64,000 nt of DNA. It comes from Longimicrobiales bacterium. GTDB taxonomy: Bacteria; Gemmatimonadota; Gemmatimonadetes; Longimicrobiales; Gaopeijiaceae. The notes under the pieces are model-generated. The model did no database searches and was not told where the DNA came from. It was given only the letters and a program-made list of their open reading frames with translations. The stretch lies in NCBI GenBank assembly GCA_965226375.1, contig CBDDCX010000006.1:544001-608000 (forward strand). The letters run 5' to 3'. Below are positions 1-10,142 of this stretch, in pieces (within the stretch, counting starts at the first letter, position 1; each line of letters begins with the position of its first letter). Made by a program: the position numbers and the translations under genes.

Positions 1-1
1 T

Positions 2-649
2 GAACGCGGCGGGCCGGCCGTTGGTCGTGGTCCGGAGGACGTCTTCGAGATCGTTCACAAACGCGTCCGTGCAGCTCTCGTCGCACGGCTGCTTGAACGG
101 GCAACGGTACGGGTAAGGGGTCAGAGTGTGCTTGATGCCCGGGTATGTGGTCGCCATGGGGCGCCAGGCACTCACTGCTGTGATGTTGGTGGCGAGGAAG
201 CTGCGACCATGATACGCCTGCCGCAGCGCGATGATCTCTGTGCGCCCGGTGTGCAGGCAAGCCATGTGGATGGCCGTCTCGATGGCCTCGGTCCCCGAAT
301 TCGTGAAGAACGTCTGGCTCAGTTGGCCCGGGGCGATTTCGGCAAGCCGCTGCGCGGCCTCGACCTGGGGCTCGGTGACGTACAGCGTGGACGTATGGCC
401 CAAGCGGGCCATCTGCTCCTGAGTGCGGGCCACCACCTTCGGATTGCAGTGTCCCACGGAGGTCGTGAGGATACCGCTGAACAGGTCGAGGTACTCCTCC
501 CCGTCAACGTCCCGCACCCTGACCCCTTCGCCCTCCGCTATGACAACCGGATCGTCATACAGGGGCTTGGCGGCCGGAAATACGAATTCCGCTTGGCCCG
601 CCATTACGGCTTGGCTCCTCAACATGATCTCGGGTCCGCTGGTCTCCAT
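2..649 (-). CDS. Class III PLP aminotransferase (AGXT2/PydD-like), 5' part only; runs off the window edge
   Basis: Manual translation from ATG 649 (GGGAGG RBS) gives METSGPE...GEGVRVRDVDGEEYLDLFSGILTTSVGHCNP...FFTNSGTEAIETA...AYHGRS, which are class III aminotransferase motifs. It is not in the ORF track because the stop lies outside the window. Confidence 0.85.
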   Translation of the reverse strand, partial: METSGPEIMLRSQAVMAGQAEFVFPAAKPLYDDPVVIAEGEGVRVRDVDGEEYLDLFSGILTTSVGHCNPKVVARTQEQMARLGHTSTLYVTEPQVEAAQRLAEIAPGQLSQTFFTNSGTEAIETAIHMACLHTGRTEIIALRQAYHGRSFLATNITAVSAWRPMATTYPGIKHTLTPYPYRCPFKQPCDESCTDAFVNDLEDVLRTTTNGRPAAF

Positions 650-757
650 GTTTCCTCCCGTGTTGTGGTATGGGGCCGCGGAACCCCGATCTGTCAGGTT
701 GTCCGCCCCTCGACTTCAATAGTCGAGGGCGAGCTCATTCGTTCAAGCCGGCGTCGG

Positions 758-2293
758 TCAGGCGTTGCTCGGGAAGGCGTACTTCGCCCCTTCTCGAACA
801 CCGGTCGATGGCCAGCGCTGGGTAATGGTTTTGCGTCGTGTATAGAAGCGCACCCCATCCGGCCCGTATGCGAAGAGATCTCCGAAGAGCGAGCGCTTCC
901 AGCCCCCGAAGCTGTGGTAAGCGACCGGCACCGGTAGCGGGACGTTGATGCCCACCATGCCCGCCTTGATGTGATCGCTGAAGTAACGGGCCGCCTCACC
1001 GTCACGCGTAAAGATGCACGTACCGTTGCCGAACTCATGGCCGTCGGTGACGTCCATCGCTTCCTGCATGGTGTCGGCCCGGACGACGCACAAGACCGGT
1101 CCGAAGATTTCGTCCGAATAGATGCGCATGTCGGGTGTCACGTTGTCGAACAGGCAGGCACCGAGGAAGAAGCCTTCCTCATGACCCGGCACCTCCAGGT
1201 CCCTGCCGTCCACGACCAAGTCGGCGCCCTCTTCCACCCCGAGGTCGACGTAGCCCCGCACCTTCTCGTAGTGCTCACTGGTGACCAACGGACCCATGTC
1301 GTTCCCCGCCTCGCAACCCGCGCCCACCTTCATCTGCCCGATGCGCTCCGACAAGCCGGCGATCAGGGCATCTCCCGTCTCCTGCCCTACCGCCACGACA
1401 ACGGAGATGGCCATGCAGCGCTCGCCGCAGGAGCCGTATGCGGCTCCCATCAACGCGTTGACCGCGTTCTCCATGTCGGCATCGGGCATGACGATGGCGT
1501 GATTCTTCGCGCCTCCCAGGGCCTGCACGCGCTTGCCGTTGGCTGTGGCCGTCCGGTAGACGTGCTCGGCGACGGGCGTGGATCCCACGAAGCTGACCGC
1601 TTGCACCCGCTCGTCGCTCAACAGGGTGTCCACGGCTTCCTTGCCGCCGTTGACCAGGTTGAAAACGCCGTCCGGCAGTCCCGCTTCTTTCAGAAGCTCA
1701 GCCGCCAGCATCGGAGCGCTCGGATCTCGCTCTGAGGGCTTCAGGACGAAGGTGTTTCCGCAGACCAGGGCGATGGGATACATCCACATGGGCACCATGG
1801 CCGGAAAGTTGAAGGGCGTGATCCCGGCAACAACGCCCAACGGCTGGAACTCCGACCAGCTGTCGATGGCCGGCCCGACGTTCTTGCTGTACTCACCCTT
1901 CAGTAGCTCGGGAGCGCCGCACGCGTATTCGACGTTCTCGATACCGCGCTGCAGCTCGCCTGCCGCGTCCTCGAGGACCTTGCCGTGCTCTTCGCTCAGC
2001 AGCGCCACCAGGCGGTCGGCGTTCTCTTCGAGTAGCTCCTTGTAGCGGAACATGATGCGGGCCCGTTTGGCCGCGGGCGTGTCTCTCCACGCGGGGAAGG
2101 CCTCGTGCGCGGCAGCGATGGCCTGCTCGACGGTCGCCTTCCCCGCGAGCGCCACTTTGCGGACGACTTCTCCGGTCGCCGGGTCGTAGACGGCCTGGGT
2201 GTTTGCTGAGTCTGCTACCGGCGCTCCGTTTATGAAATGGCCGATCACCGGAGTAGCCGTTCCCGTCTCGGTAGCCGTCAGTGTGTCAGTCAT
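758..2293 (-). CDS. mmsA: CoA-acylating methylmalonate/malonate-semialdehyde dehydrogenase
   Basis: ALDH motifs ITPFNFP, LKPSERDP, FVGSTPVA, GGAKNH, catalytic GERCMA and EIFGPV. Start placed at ATG 2293 behind GGAAGGTG. Confidence 0.93.
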   Translation of the reverse strand: MTDTLTATETGTATPVIGHFINGAPVADSANTQAVYDPATGEVVRKVALAGKATVEQAIAAAHEAFPAWRDTPAAKRARIMFRYKELLEENADRLVALLSEEHGKVLEDAAGELQRGIENVEYACGAPELLKGEYSKNVGPAIDSWSEFQPLGVVAGITPFNFPAMVPMWMYPIALVCGNTFVLKPSERDPSAPMLAAELLKEAGLPDGVFNLVNGGKEAVDTLLSDERVQAVSFVGSTPVAEHVYRTATANGKRVQALGGAKNHAIVMPDADMENAVNALMGAAYGSCGERCMAISVVVAVGQETGDALIAGLSERIGQMKVGAGCEAGNDMGPLVTSEHYEKVRGYVDLGVEEGADLVVDGRDLEVPGHEEGFFLGACLFDNVTPDMRIYSDEIFGPVLCVVRADTMQEAMDVTDGHEFGNGTCIFTRDGEAARYFSDHIKAGMVGINVPLPVPVAYHSFGGWKRSLFGDLFAYGPDGVRFYTRRKTITQRWPSTGVREGAKYAFPSNA

Positions 2294-2470
2294 GATGCTA
2301 TTCACCTTCCATGGGAGCGCTCCGGTCAAGCAACCCCGGACACCAGAGATATGTCCCCAAGAATACGTGGCGACGGCACGAGCCGCACGGGACGCTCGGC
2401 GAAGAAGAGGAGCAGGGATCGAATTCCCCGCTAGGGAGCGTCTGTGAATGACTCTCCGATGCCGCTGGGA

Positions 2471-2496
2471 GGGCGCCCCCGACCGAAGGGGCGCCC
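2471..2496 (-). terminator. GC-rich hairpin downstream of the cytochrome gene
   Basis: GGGCGCCCC-N8-GGGGCGCCC stem. There is no good U-tract. Confidence 0.3.
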
Positions 2497-2513
2497 AGGC
2501 TCAGATGGGTGGT

Positions 2514-3359
2514 CTAGAGACCCCCGCTCCTGAGCCGCTCCAGCGCTTCGACGGCCGGCGGATTGTCCGGCGCCAGCTCGAGGGACCTTTCGTACGCCTC
2601 AATGGCGGCCTCGATATTGTCCTCGAAGGCGTTTATCTGGCCCTTGAGCAGCCAGGACTGCACGTATTCGGGGTGGTACTCCAGGTTCATGTCCACGACC
2701 GCCATGGCCATTTCGGCGTCTTCCCTGACCAACGCTTGTGCCACGTCCCTCAGAGACCTTGGACCGAAGTTGTAGGCGCCACGACCGAAGTACTCCTCGC
2801 GCAACTCGGCATACCGCGCCTGCAGGGCGTCGAGTCCTCCGTCCTGGGCTGCCCATGTGAGCTCCTGGACGAGCGTGGCGGGTCTTGTGGTTCCCGAGTG
2901 GCACGTGATACATCCGACCTCGCGGTGTTGAGCCGCCGCCGGTGTGGGTTCGGGTGCTTCGTGCTCATGCTCTTCGGCGCCCGGCTCGTCCTCATGCTCT
3001 GCCGCGGCGGGCGCATGCTCGTGGGGGAGCTCGTGGAGGTGATCGTCGTTGATGGCCGCGACCATGGTCATCATGATTCGGGCCGCCACCTTAGTCTCCT
3101 TGTCGTCCGACGCGAAGTCGTCGTCGGGGCCCTCGAGGTCATCTGAGACCGTGTGGCAATAGGTGCACCGCACACCGAGCGCCCGGGTGAAGCCCCGCAT
3201 GGTACCCACCAACTCGCGCCGGCTGATGTCCTCGGACATTACCTGAAGATTGGTGAACTCGTCAGGGATCTGGGCTGCAACGGGCACTGATGTGAGCGCC
3301 AGTGCCAACAATCCTGCGACTGCGCCAGCGCGGAGTTGGAATCTGACATCGACGATCAC
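2514..3359 (-). CDS. Secreted diheme c-type cytochrome (reaction-centre cytochrome c family-like) with His-rich linker and C-terminal TPR
   Basis: Signal peptide, NLQV..M..FT.ALGV.CTYCH, DFASD.K..K..AR.M, a second haem motif CITCH, and a TPR-like tail (AIEAYERSLELAPDN). Confidence 0.75.
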   Translation of the reverse strand: MIVDVRFQLRAGAVAGLLALALTSVPVAAQIPDEFTNLQVMSEDISRRELVGTMRGFTRALGVRCTYCHTVSDDLEGPDDDFASDDKETKVAARIMMTMVAAINDDHLHELPHEHAPAAAEHEDEPGAEEHEHEAPEPTPAAAQHREVGCITCHSGTTRPATLVQELTWAAQDGGLDALQARYAELREEYFGRGAYNFGPRSLRDVAQALVREDAEMAMAVVDMNLEYHPEYVQSWLLKGQINAFEDNIEAAIEAYERSLELAPDNPPAVEALERLRSGGL

Positions 3360-3453
3360 AGCATCCCTCCATTTAACAGAGTCATTCGAATAACAGAATC
3401 ATTCGAAACGGCCATCGCCCGCCACGCAGGCGATCCCGCTATACAAGTACGCC

Positions 3454-3912
3454 TTAACCTCCAGCCATTTTCAGAACCCTCTCAAACTCCTTCTTACGCA
3501 CTGGCTGAACCGAAAGGCGCGAGTTGTTCACCAGTACCATGTCCGCAAGCGACTTGTCGGCCTTGATGTCGTGAAGGGACACCTCCGACTTCAGTTTCTT
3601 CACGAAGCGGACGTCCACCATCCACCAGCGCGGCTTCTCCTCGCTGGACTTGGCGTCGTAGTACTTGTCCTTCTTGTCGAACTGGGTGAAGTCAGGGTAG
3701 GCCTCTTTGATCACCCGTGCCACCCCCACCACGCCCGGTGGTGTCTGCTGGCTGTGGTAATAGAGAATCTCATCGCCCTTCTTCATGGCCATCATGTGAT
3801 TGCGGGCCTGATAGTTCCGCACGCCCTCCCAATAGGTGGTCTTGTCCTTCTTCAGATCGTCGATCGAGTAGACGTGTGGCTCGCTCTTCATGAGCCAATA
3901 GGACGTTGGCAT
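3454..3912 (-). CDS. EVE domain protein
   Basis: YWLMKSEP...WEGVRNYQARN...YHS...SRLSVQPV signature. Confidence 0.9.
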   Translation of the reverse strand: MPTSYWLMKSEPHVYSIDDLKKDKTTYWEGVRNYQARNHMMAMKKGDEILYYHSQQTPPGVVGVARVIKEAYPDFTQFDKKDKYYDAKSSEEKPRWWMVDVRFVKKLKSEVSLHDIKADKSLADMVLVNNSRLSVQPVRKKEFERVLKMAGG

Positions 3913-4121
3913 GGTTGTCACTTCACTCGTTGGAGGACCGGGCGTCATGGGAGCTGGCCCGGTGACTGCCACGGGACTAGCTCTCCCGTTTTACGGGCTC
4001 GGACATTACGGCGCGAACACGATTCTTGACAACCGATGGTAATGTACCCTACTGGCATGTGCGGGAGTAGCCGCTGTGACAGGAGGGGTTGAGGCGTCGC
4101 GTCTAGAGCACCCGGGCCCCG

Positions 4122-5747
4122 TTACTTCGGACCCGCCTCCTTGACGCCCTCGGGCACGAACGTCTCGAACGGCTCGAAGTTCTCCTTGAACATCGAAGCC
4201 AGTTTCTGCGCGGCGGCATCGTACTCCTCGCCCTCGGTCCACGTGCCCCGCGGGTTGAGAACCTCGGTCGGCACACCCGGAACCTCGCTCGGAACGTGCA
4301 GACCGAACACCGGATCCGCCTCGGTAGCCACTCCGTCCAGATCACCGGCCAACGCCGCGCTCACCATGGCTCGTGTATACGCCAGCTTCATGCGGCTTCC
4401 CACGCCATATCCTCCCCCGCTCCATCCCGTGTTCACGAGCCAAACGGTGGAGCCGTGCTCGCGAAGTCTTTCACCGAGCATCTGCGCATACTCCCCGGGG
4501 TGTCTGGGCAGGAAGGGCGCTCCAAAACAGGCACTGAACGTCGCCTTGGGCTCCGTGATCCCCCGCTCGGTCCCGGCAACCTTGGCCGTGTAGCCCGACA
4601 CGAAGTGGTACATGGCTTGCTCGGGAGAGAGCTTGGAGATAGGGGGCAGCACGCCGAACGCGTCGGCAGTTAGGAACACCACGGTCTTCGGGTGCCCGCC
4701 CCGACTCGGTTCGACCGCGTTGGGAATGTAGTGGATGGGGTACGAAGCCCTCGTGTTCTCGGTAATGCTGCCGTCATCGAAGTCGATCTCGCGAGTGTCC
4801 TCGTCCAGGACGACGTTCTCGAGAATGGTCCCGAACATCTTGGTAGCCTGGTAGATCTCGGGCTCACCCTCGGGTGACAGCTTGATGGTCTTGGCGTAAC
4901 AGCCGCCCTCGAAGTTGAAGATCCCCGACTCGCCCCAACCGTGCTCGTCGTCGCCGATGAGTCCCCTCTCCGGATCGGCTGAAAGCGTGGTCTTGCCCGT
5001 GCCGGACAACCCGAAGAACAGGGCGGTCACCCCATCATCGCCGACATTGGCCGAACAGTGCATGGGCAGCACACCCTGATCGGGCAACATGTAGTTCAGG
5101 ACCGAGAAGATCGACTTCTTGATTTCACCGGCGTAATTGGAGCCCCCGATCACAACCTGGCGCTCCTTGAAGTTCACGACGATGAATGTGGGACTGTTCG
5201 TGCCGTGCTTCTCGGGGTCGGCCTGGAATCCAGGCGCGTGGAGCACGGTGAAGTCGGGCGCGAATCCCTCGAGCTCCTCGGCGGTGGGCCGCAGGAACAT
5301 GTTGTACGCGAACAGGTTGTGCCATGCGTTATGGGTCACCACACGCACGTTGAGTCCATGGCTCGGATGGGCACCTGCCCGGGCATCCCTCACGAACAAC
5401 TCTTGTTCGTTCAAGAAGGCGATCACCTCGTCGCGGAGCAGAGAAAAATGCTCCTCACTCATGGGTACGTTTACCGCGCCCCAGTCCACGCTGTGTCCTG
5501 TGGCGGATTCCTTGACGGTGAACTTGTCGTTGGGTGAGCGGCCTGTGTGTGGGGCAGTGATTGCGGTGAATCCGCCCCCGTGAGCCAGTCGCCCTTCACC
5601 CCTCGCCAACGCCTGCTCGTAGAGCTGTGCAGGGGAGAGGTTCCAGTGCACGTCCTTCTGGGGCGCGAGCCCGTGAGTGTCCAAACCGGCTCGCGCGGAG
5701 CGTCGTGCCCCGATCACCGACGGATCGCCCTCAGTCTGTGTCGCCAT
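4122..5747 (-). CDS. pckA: Phosphoenolpyruvate carboxykinase (ATP)
   Basis: TGRSPNDK, YAGEIKK, MHCSAN, GLSGTGKTT, LIGDDEHGW, NFEGGCYAK. Confidence 0.97.
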   Translation of the reverse strand: MATQTEGDPSVIGARRSARAGLDTHGLAPQKDVHWNLSPAQLYEQALARGEGRLAHGGGFTAITAPHTGRSPNDKFTVKESATGHSVDWGAVNVPMSEEHFSLLRDEVIAFLNEQELFVRDARAGAHPSHGLNVRVVTHNAWHNLFAYNMFLRPTAEELEGFAPDFTVLHAPGFQADPEKHGTNSPTFIVVNFKERQVVIGGSNYAGEIKKSIFSVLNYMLPDQGVLPMHCSANVGDDGVTALFFGLSGTGKTTLSADPERGLIGDDEHGWGESGIFNFEGGCYAKTIKLSPEGEPEIYQATKMFGTILENVVLDEDTREIDFDDGSITENTRASYPIHYIPNAVEPSRGGHPKTVVFLTADAFGVLPPISKLSPEQAMYHFVSGYTAKVAGTERGITEPKATFSACFGAPFLPRHPGEYAQMLGERLREHGSTVWLVNTGWSGGGYGVGSRMKLAYTRAMVSAALAGDLDGVATEADPVFGLHVPSEVPGVPTEVLNPRGTWTEGEEYDAAAQKLASMFKENFEPFETFVPEGVKEAGPK

Positions 5748-5822
5748 TTATCGGTCCCTCATTCCTTCTCTTCAGTAGACATCGCCCTAAGAACATGCTC
5801 GGCCCGCCAGGGCTGAGGACAG

Positions 5823-8090
5823 CTAATCGTCTTTAGATCGGGCCTGCGCGTCCACCGCTGCCAAAGTGACGAGATTCACGACATCTTCGACCGTGGATCC
5901 ACGTTGAATGAAGTGCACGGCATGCTTCATTCCCAGCAGGATGGGACCGATCACATCCGCCCCTCCGATCTCCGCCAACAACTTATAGGAAGCGTTGGCC
6001 GAAGCGAGGTTGGGGAAGATGAGTACGTTCGCCGACCGGGTGAGTGAGCTAAACGGATACTGCGTTTTGAGGAGCTCGGAGTTGACCGCCGTATCGGCCT
6101 GCATCTCGCCGTCGACCTCCAGGTCCGGGCGCAGCGTCTTCACCTGAGCGACGGCCTCCCGAACCTTCCTCGACGCGGGATGGCGAGCCGAGCCGAAGTT
6201 GGAGAAGGAGAGCATGGCGATACGCGGTACGATCCCGAGCTTCTCGACGAACCCCGCCGTGAGGAGTGCAATATCGGTGAGGGCCTGGGCATCGGGGTCA
6301 ATGTTCACTGCTGTGTCACCGAAGAACAGCAACTCCTGGTCACGGAGCGCGACCATGTACATGGCGGCCACCCTGCGTACACCCTCGGCCCGACCTATGA
6401 CCTCCAGGGCCGGCCGGAGAAGTGCTCCGTAGTGCGACTCGATGCCGGCGACCATGGCTGCGGCATCGCCCCGACGGACCATCATGCCAGCGAAGTAGTT
6501 CGGCTGATACATCCTCGAGCGGGCTTCCGCCCGGGTCAGTCCCTTGCGCAATCGAGACTCGTAGAGCTCTTCCGCGTAGGCGTGACGAACCTCGTCGCTC
6601 AAGATCGGGTGGACGATCTCGGTACCGGCAATGTCGATGCCATGGAGCTCACAGATCTGCTGGATCTTGTCCTCGCGCCCGATGAGGACCGGCACCGCCA
6701 CGCCCTCCTCGACAATCTGCTGGCATGCACGGATGACGCGCTCGTTGTAACCGTCCGTGAGGACCACCCGCATCGGCCGCTTCCTCGCCTGGGCGACGAC
6801 GCCCCGCATGACGTGTCCACTGGGCCCCAGGCTCGCTTTGAGCCGATCCTCGTACTCCTGTAAGTCGATGGTCTCCCTCGCGACCCCAGAATCCATTGCG
6901 GCCTTCGCGACGGCTGGAGCCACATGGAAGAGCACGCGGGAGTCGAACGGTTTGGGAATCAGGTACTCGGGGCCAAACTCGAACGGCTCGTCTCCGTAGG
7001 CGGCAGTCACCGACTGGGGCACCGTCGCCTTGGCCAGATCCGAGAGGGCGTACGTCGCTGCAAGCATCATTTCCTGGTTGATGGCTGTTGCTCGAACGTC
7101 CAGGGCGCCCCGGAACAGGAACGGAAACCCGAGCACGTTGTTGACCTGATTGGGGTAGTCCGAGCGCCCGGTGGCGACCAGGGCGTCGTCCCGTACCGCG
7201 GCGACTTCTTCAGGAGTGACTTCCGGATCTGGATTGGCCAGAGCGAAGATGATGGGGCGATCCGCCATGGAGGCCACCATCTCCTTGGTCACCAGCCCGC
7301 GGATCGAAAGGCCGATGAACACGTCAGCTCCGTGCATGGCCTCTTCCAGCGTCCTACGGTCCGTCTTAATGGCAAAGGGCTCCTTATACTCGTTCATGCC
7401 CTCCTCCCGTCCCGTGTAGATCACCCCTTTACTGTCCACCATGAGGATGTTCTCTCGCAGAACGCCGACCCGCGTGAAGTGCTCGGCCGTTGAAATCGCC
7501 GACGCGCCGGCACCGCTGAACACCACCTGCACGTCTGCCGGCTTCTTTTCGATCAGCTCCAGGGCGTTCACGAGCGCGGCAGCGCCGATAATGGCCGTGC
7601 CATGCTGGTCATCGTGAAAGACCGGAATGTCCATGGACTCCTTGAGTCGTCTCTCGATGACAAAGCAGTCAGGGGCCTTGATGTCTTCCAGGTTGATGCC
7701 ACCCACGGTGGGCTCGAGGAGTTCACAGAATCGAATGACATCTTCGGGGTCCTCGGAGCCGACCTCGAGGTCGAACACGTCGATGCCTGCGAACTTCTTG
7801 AACAGCACGCCTTTGCCTTCCATGACCGGCTTGGACGCTAACGGTCCGATATTGCCGAGTCCCAGCACCGCCGTACCGTTGGAAACAACAGCAACCAGGT
7901 TGCCGCGTGCCGTGTACTTGAAGACATCGTCCGGCTTCTCGTGGATCTCGAGACACGGCACCGCCACACCGGGACTGTATGCGAGAGACAATTCCCTCTG
8001 TGTGCCCAGTGACTTGGTGGGAATGACTTCTATTTTCCCAGGGCGGCCCTTGGTATGATACTCCAAGGCTGCTTTGCTACGAGCGTCCAT
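5823..8090 (-). CDS. maeB: NADP-dependent malic enzyme with C-terminal phosphotransacetylase-like domain
   Basis: [42 protein letters not shown], and C-terminal DGEMQAD; 755 aa. Confidence 0.96.
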   Translation of the reverse strand: MDARSKAALEYHTKGRPGKIEVIPTKSLGTQRELSLAYSPGVAVPCLEIHEKPDDVFKYTARGNLVAVVSNGTAVLGLGNIGPLASKPVMEGKGVLFKKFAGIDVFDLEVGSEDPEDVIRFCELLEPTVGGINLEDIKAPDCFVIERRLKESMDIPVFHDDQHGTAIIGAAALVNALELIEKKPADVQVVFSGAGASAISTAEHFTRVGVLRENILMVDSKGVIYTGREEGMNEYKEPFAIKTDRRTLEEAMHGADVFIGLSIRGLVTKEMVASMADRPIIFALANPDPEVTPEEVAAVRDDALVATGRSDYPNQVNNVLGFPFLFRGALDVRATAINQEMMLAATYALSDLAKATVPQSVTAAYGDEPFEFGPEYLIPKPFDSRVLFHVAPAVAKAAMDSGVARETIDLQEYEDRLKASLGPSGHVMRGVVAQARKRPMRVVLTDGYNERVIRACQQIVEEGVAVPVLIGREDKIQQICELHGIDIAGTEIVHPILSDEVRHAYAEELYESRLRKGLTRAEARSRMYQPNYFAGMMVRRGDAAAMVAGIESHYGALLRPALEVIGRAEGVRRVAAMYMVALRDQELLFFGDTAVNIDPDAQALTDIALLTAGFVEKLGIVPRIAMLSFSNFGSARHPASRKVREAVAQVKTLRPDLEVDGEMQADTAVNSELLKTQYPFSSLTRSANVLIFPNLASANASYKLLAEIGGADVIGPILLGMKHAVHFIQRGSTVEDVVNLVTLAAVDAQARSKDD

Positions 8091-8165
8091 TCGGAAGCCT
8101 TATGTAAAGGGATGTTTAGGTTAGCCGAGCAAGACCGAGTGTCAATCACCACCAACGGAGAATAG

Positions 8166-9917
8166 ATGGCCCGGAGTCTCAGCCGAGCACTGATCCTCAT
8201 CGTCGCATTGATCGCGGCGAGGCCGGCTGAGCTAGTGGGGCAGGCGTGTACGGAGGGTCTGATCTCCTTCGTTTTCATCAACGGGCATCCGGTATTCGAC
8301 ACGGCGAAGCTCGACGATGGACGAGCCTTCGGGTGGTTCTTCGACTTCGCCAACTGGCTCCACATGGAGACCGACGAGGACTTCATCCGTGCGGAGCTCC
8401 TTCTTGAAGTAGGCGACTGCTACAGTGCGTTTCTGGCCGCGGAGTCGGAGAGGATCATCCGGCAGCTGGGCTTTATCGCTCGGGTGGACGTATTCGCCGT
8501 CCCCCAGGCCGATGGATCGGTCCACCTGGTGGTAGACACACAGGACGTGTGGACCCTCCAGCTAGACCTTCGGGCCGGTTTCGACGAGGGATTCGAGTTG
8601 AACGTAATCGACGTCACCGAAAAGAATCTACTCGGTAGGGGCGTCTCGGCCGGGGCCTTCTATCGGGAGCGCCGGGAGGCTCGTGAGATCGGGGGTGAAA
8701 TCTCGACCGCACGTCTTCTGGGTACCCGGTGGGACGCCCAGCTCCGGGGTGGGGAAACCCGGGTGGGTCCCTTTTTCCAGCAGGCCTTCCGCTACCCTTT
8801 TGTCGGAGAGGTTGGCCGGTACGCTGCCGCCCAAGCTTACGCTCGTCGGGAAGACCTCTTCGCGTACAGCCTTCCGGAGGGTGAGGAATACACACACGTC
8901 GCAACGCCCTTCTTCAGGGAGCTTGGGGGGCTCACGGTACTCGGACGATTGGGACGCGCCGGACGGCTCACGACCCTGGGCCTGGGAATCTCCCGAGACG
9001 TGCTCGACTTCGCGCGATTCGAGGATGGCTCCGAAGCGGTCCGTGATCGCGATTTCACCAACACCGAACCAGCACCTCCGGAGCTGCTCGCTCCCATCGC
9101 ACCACAGACACAGGGAACCGCTGCGACCCGCATCAACGTCACACTCGGGCAGAGGAACCTGCGGTTCGAGCGGCGTGCCGGTCTCGATGCCCTGCGCGGT
9201 GTCCAGGACGTGCCGGTGGGTGGTGAGGTTTCCCTGTTGTTGAGCCGCAGCATCGGATTCCTCGAGCCCGAATCGCAAACGGACGACGACGACTTCTTCG
9301 GCCGTATCCGTGTGTACGGAGGACTGGCACCGAGCCGTTGGGTCGTTGCAGGAAGCGTGGGCTTCGAAGCTCGCCAGGTCCTCGATGGCCCCCAAGAGGG
9401 CTGGCGAGATATCATCGGTGAGTTCGACCTCTACACGTATTGGCAGCCCACTCCTCTGGCCCGCCACACCTTCTTTGCGCGGGTCTCGGGTGCAGCCGGA
9501 TGGTCCATGACCGTTCCGTTCCAGCTGACGTTGGGCGGGGCATCGAACCTCCGGGGCCACGGTCAGGATCACGCCCCGGGCGGTCGACGCGTGATGGGAT
9601 CGCTCGAAGACCGAGTCTATCTATGGTCACCGGGCGGAGGCATCCTCGACCTCGGCCTCACGGCGTTCGTGGATGTCGGCTCGGTTTGGAGTGGTGATGC
9701 CCCGTTTGGTATCGACTCCGGACTCGGTGCCAGCGTCGGCGGAGGCCTGCGCATCGGCTTCCCGGGGGGTACACGAGGGGTGATCCGAATCGATCTGGCC
9801 TTCCCCATCAACGGCCCCGATGCCTTCACGGAGCCCGTGTTCCGGGTCACAGCAGGCGAATTGCTTGGACTCGGACGCGGATTCGAGGACTTTCAGCTCT
9901 TCCGGAGCCGCCGTTAG
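8166..9917 (+). CDS. BamA/TamA (Omp85)-like outer-membrane protein
   Basis: Signal peptide, POTRA-like segment (ESERIIRQLGFI), EKNLLGRG, LGG..NLRG, and C-terminal beta-strands (AFVDVG, GGGLRIG, IRIDLAFP). Confidence 0.7.
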   Translation: MARSLSRALILIVALIAARPAELVGQACTEGLISFVFINGHPVFDTAKLDDGRAFGWFFDFANWLHMETDEDFIRAELLLEVGDCYSAFLAAESERIIRQLGFIARVDVFAVPQADGSVHLVVDTQDVWTLQLDLRAGFDEGFELNVIDVTEKNLLGRGVSAGAFYRERREAREIGGEISTARLLGTRWDAQLRGGETRVGPFFQQAFRYPFVGEVGRYAAAQAYARREDLFAYSLPEGEEYTHVATPFFRELGGLTVLGRLGRAGRLTTLGLGISRDVLDFARFEDGSEAVRDRDFTNTEPAPPELLAPIAPQTQGTAATRINVTLGQRNLRFERRAGLDALRGVQDVPVGGEVSLLLSRSIGFLEPESQTDDDDFFGRIRVYGGLAPSRWVVAGSVGFEARQVLDGPQEGWRDIIGEFDLYTYWQPTPLARHTFFARVSGAAGWSMTVPFQLTLGGASNLRGHGQDHAPGGRRVMGSLEDRVYLWSPGGGILDLGLTAFVDVGSVWSGDAPFGIDSGLGASVGGGLRIGFPGGTRGVIRIDLAFPINGPDAFTEPVFRVTAGELLGLGRGFEDFQLFRSRR

Positions 9918-10025
9918 GCGCGGCGGATCGGCCCGATCTGCCCTCTCACCTTCGACCGATTTTCCCTGCCATATTGACACGGAACGGCGCTCCTCCGCCC
10001 CAGTGCCGGCCCCTAAAGAAAACCT

Positions 10026-10054
10026 TTGACTCCGGAAACACACTTTTATAAGTT
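10026..10054 (+). promoter_or_regulatory. Putative sigma-70 promoter upstream of the sigma factor gene
   Basis: TTGACT-N17-TAAGTT in an AT-rich patch. Further TTGACA hexamers lie at 9974 and 10054. Confidence 0.35.
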
Positions 10055-10142
10055 TGACACCCTTCGCTTGATGTGGTTAAGCCGTTCTCTCCGCCTCGTT
10101 TAGCCTGTCATATCGCGCTGAAGGTGGACCGTTCTTACACAG

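Noticed and set aside
2514..3359. Evidence of phototrophy (pufC)
   Set aside because: It has only two haem motifs and there are no puf or bch genes nearby.
3454..3912. EVE protein as a modification-dependent defence system
   Set aside because: It is a standalone EVE domain in housekeeping context, with no nuclease fusion or nuclease neighbour.
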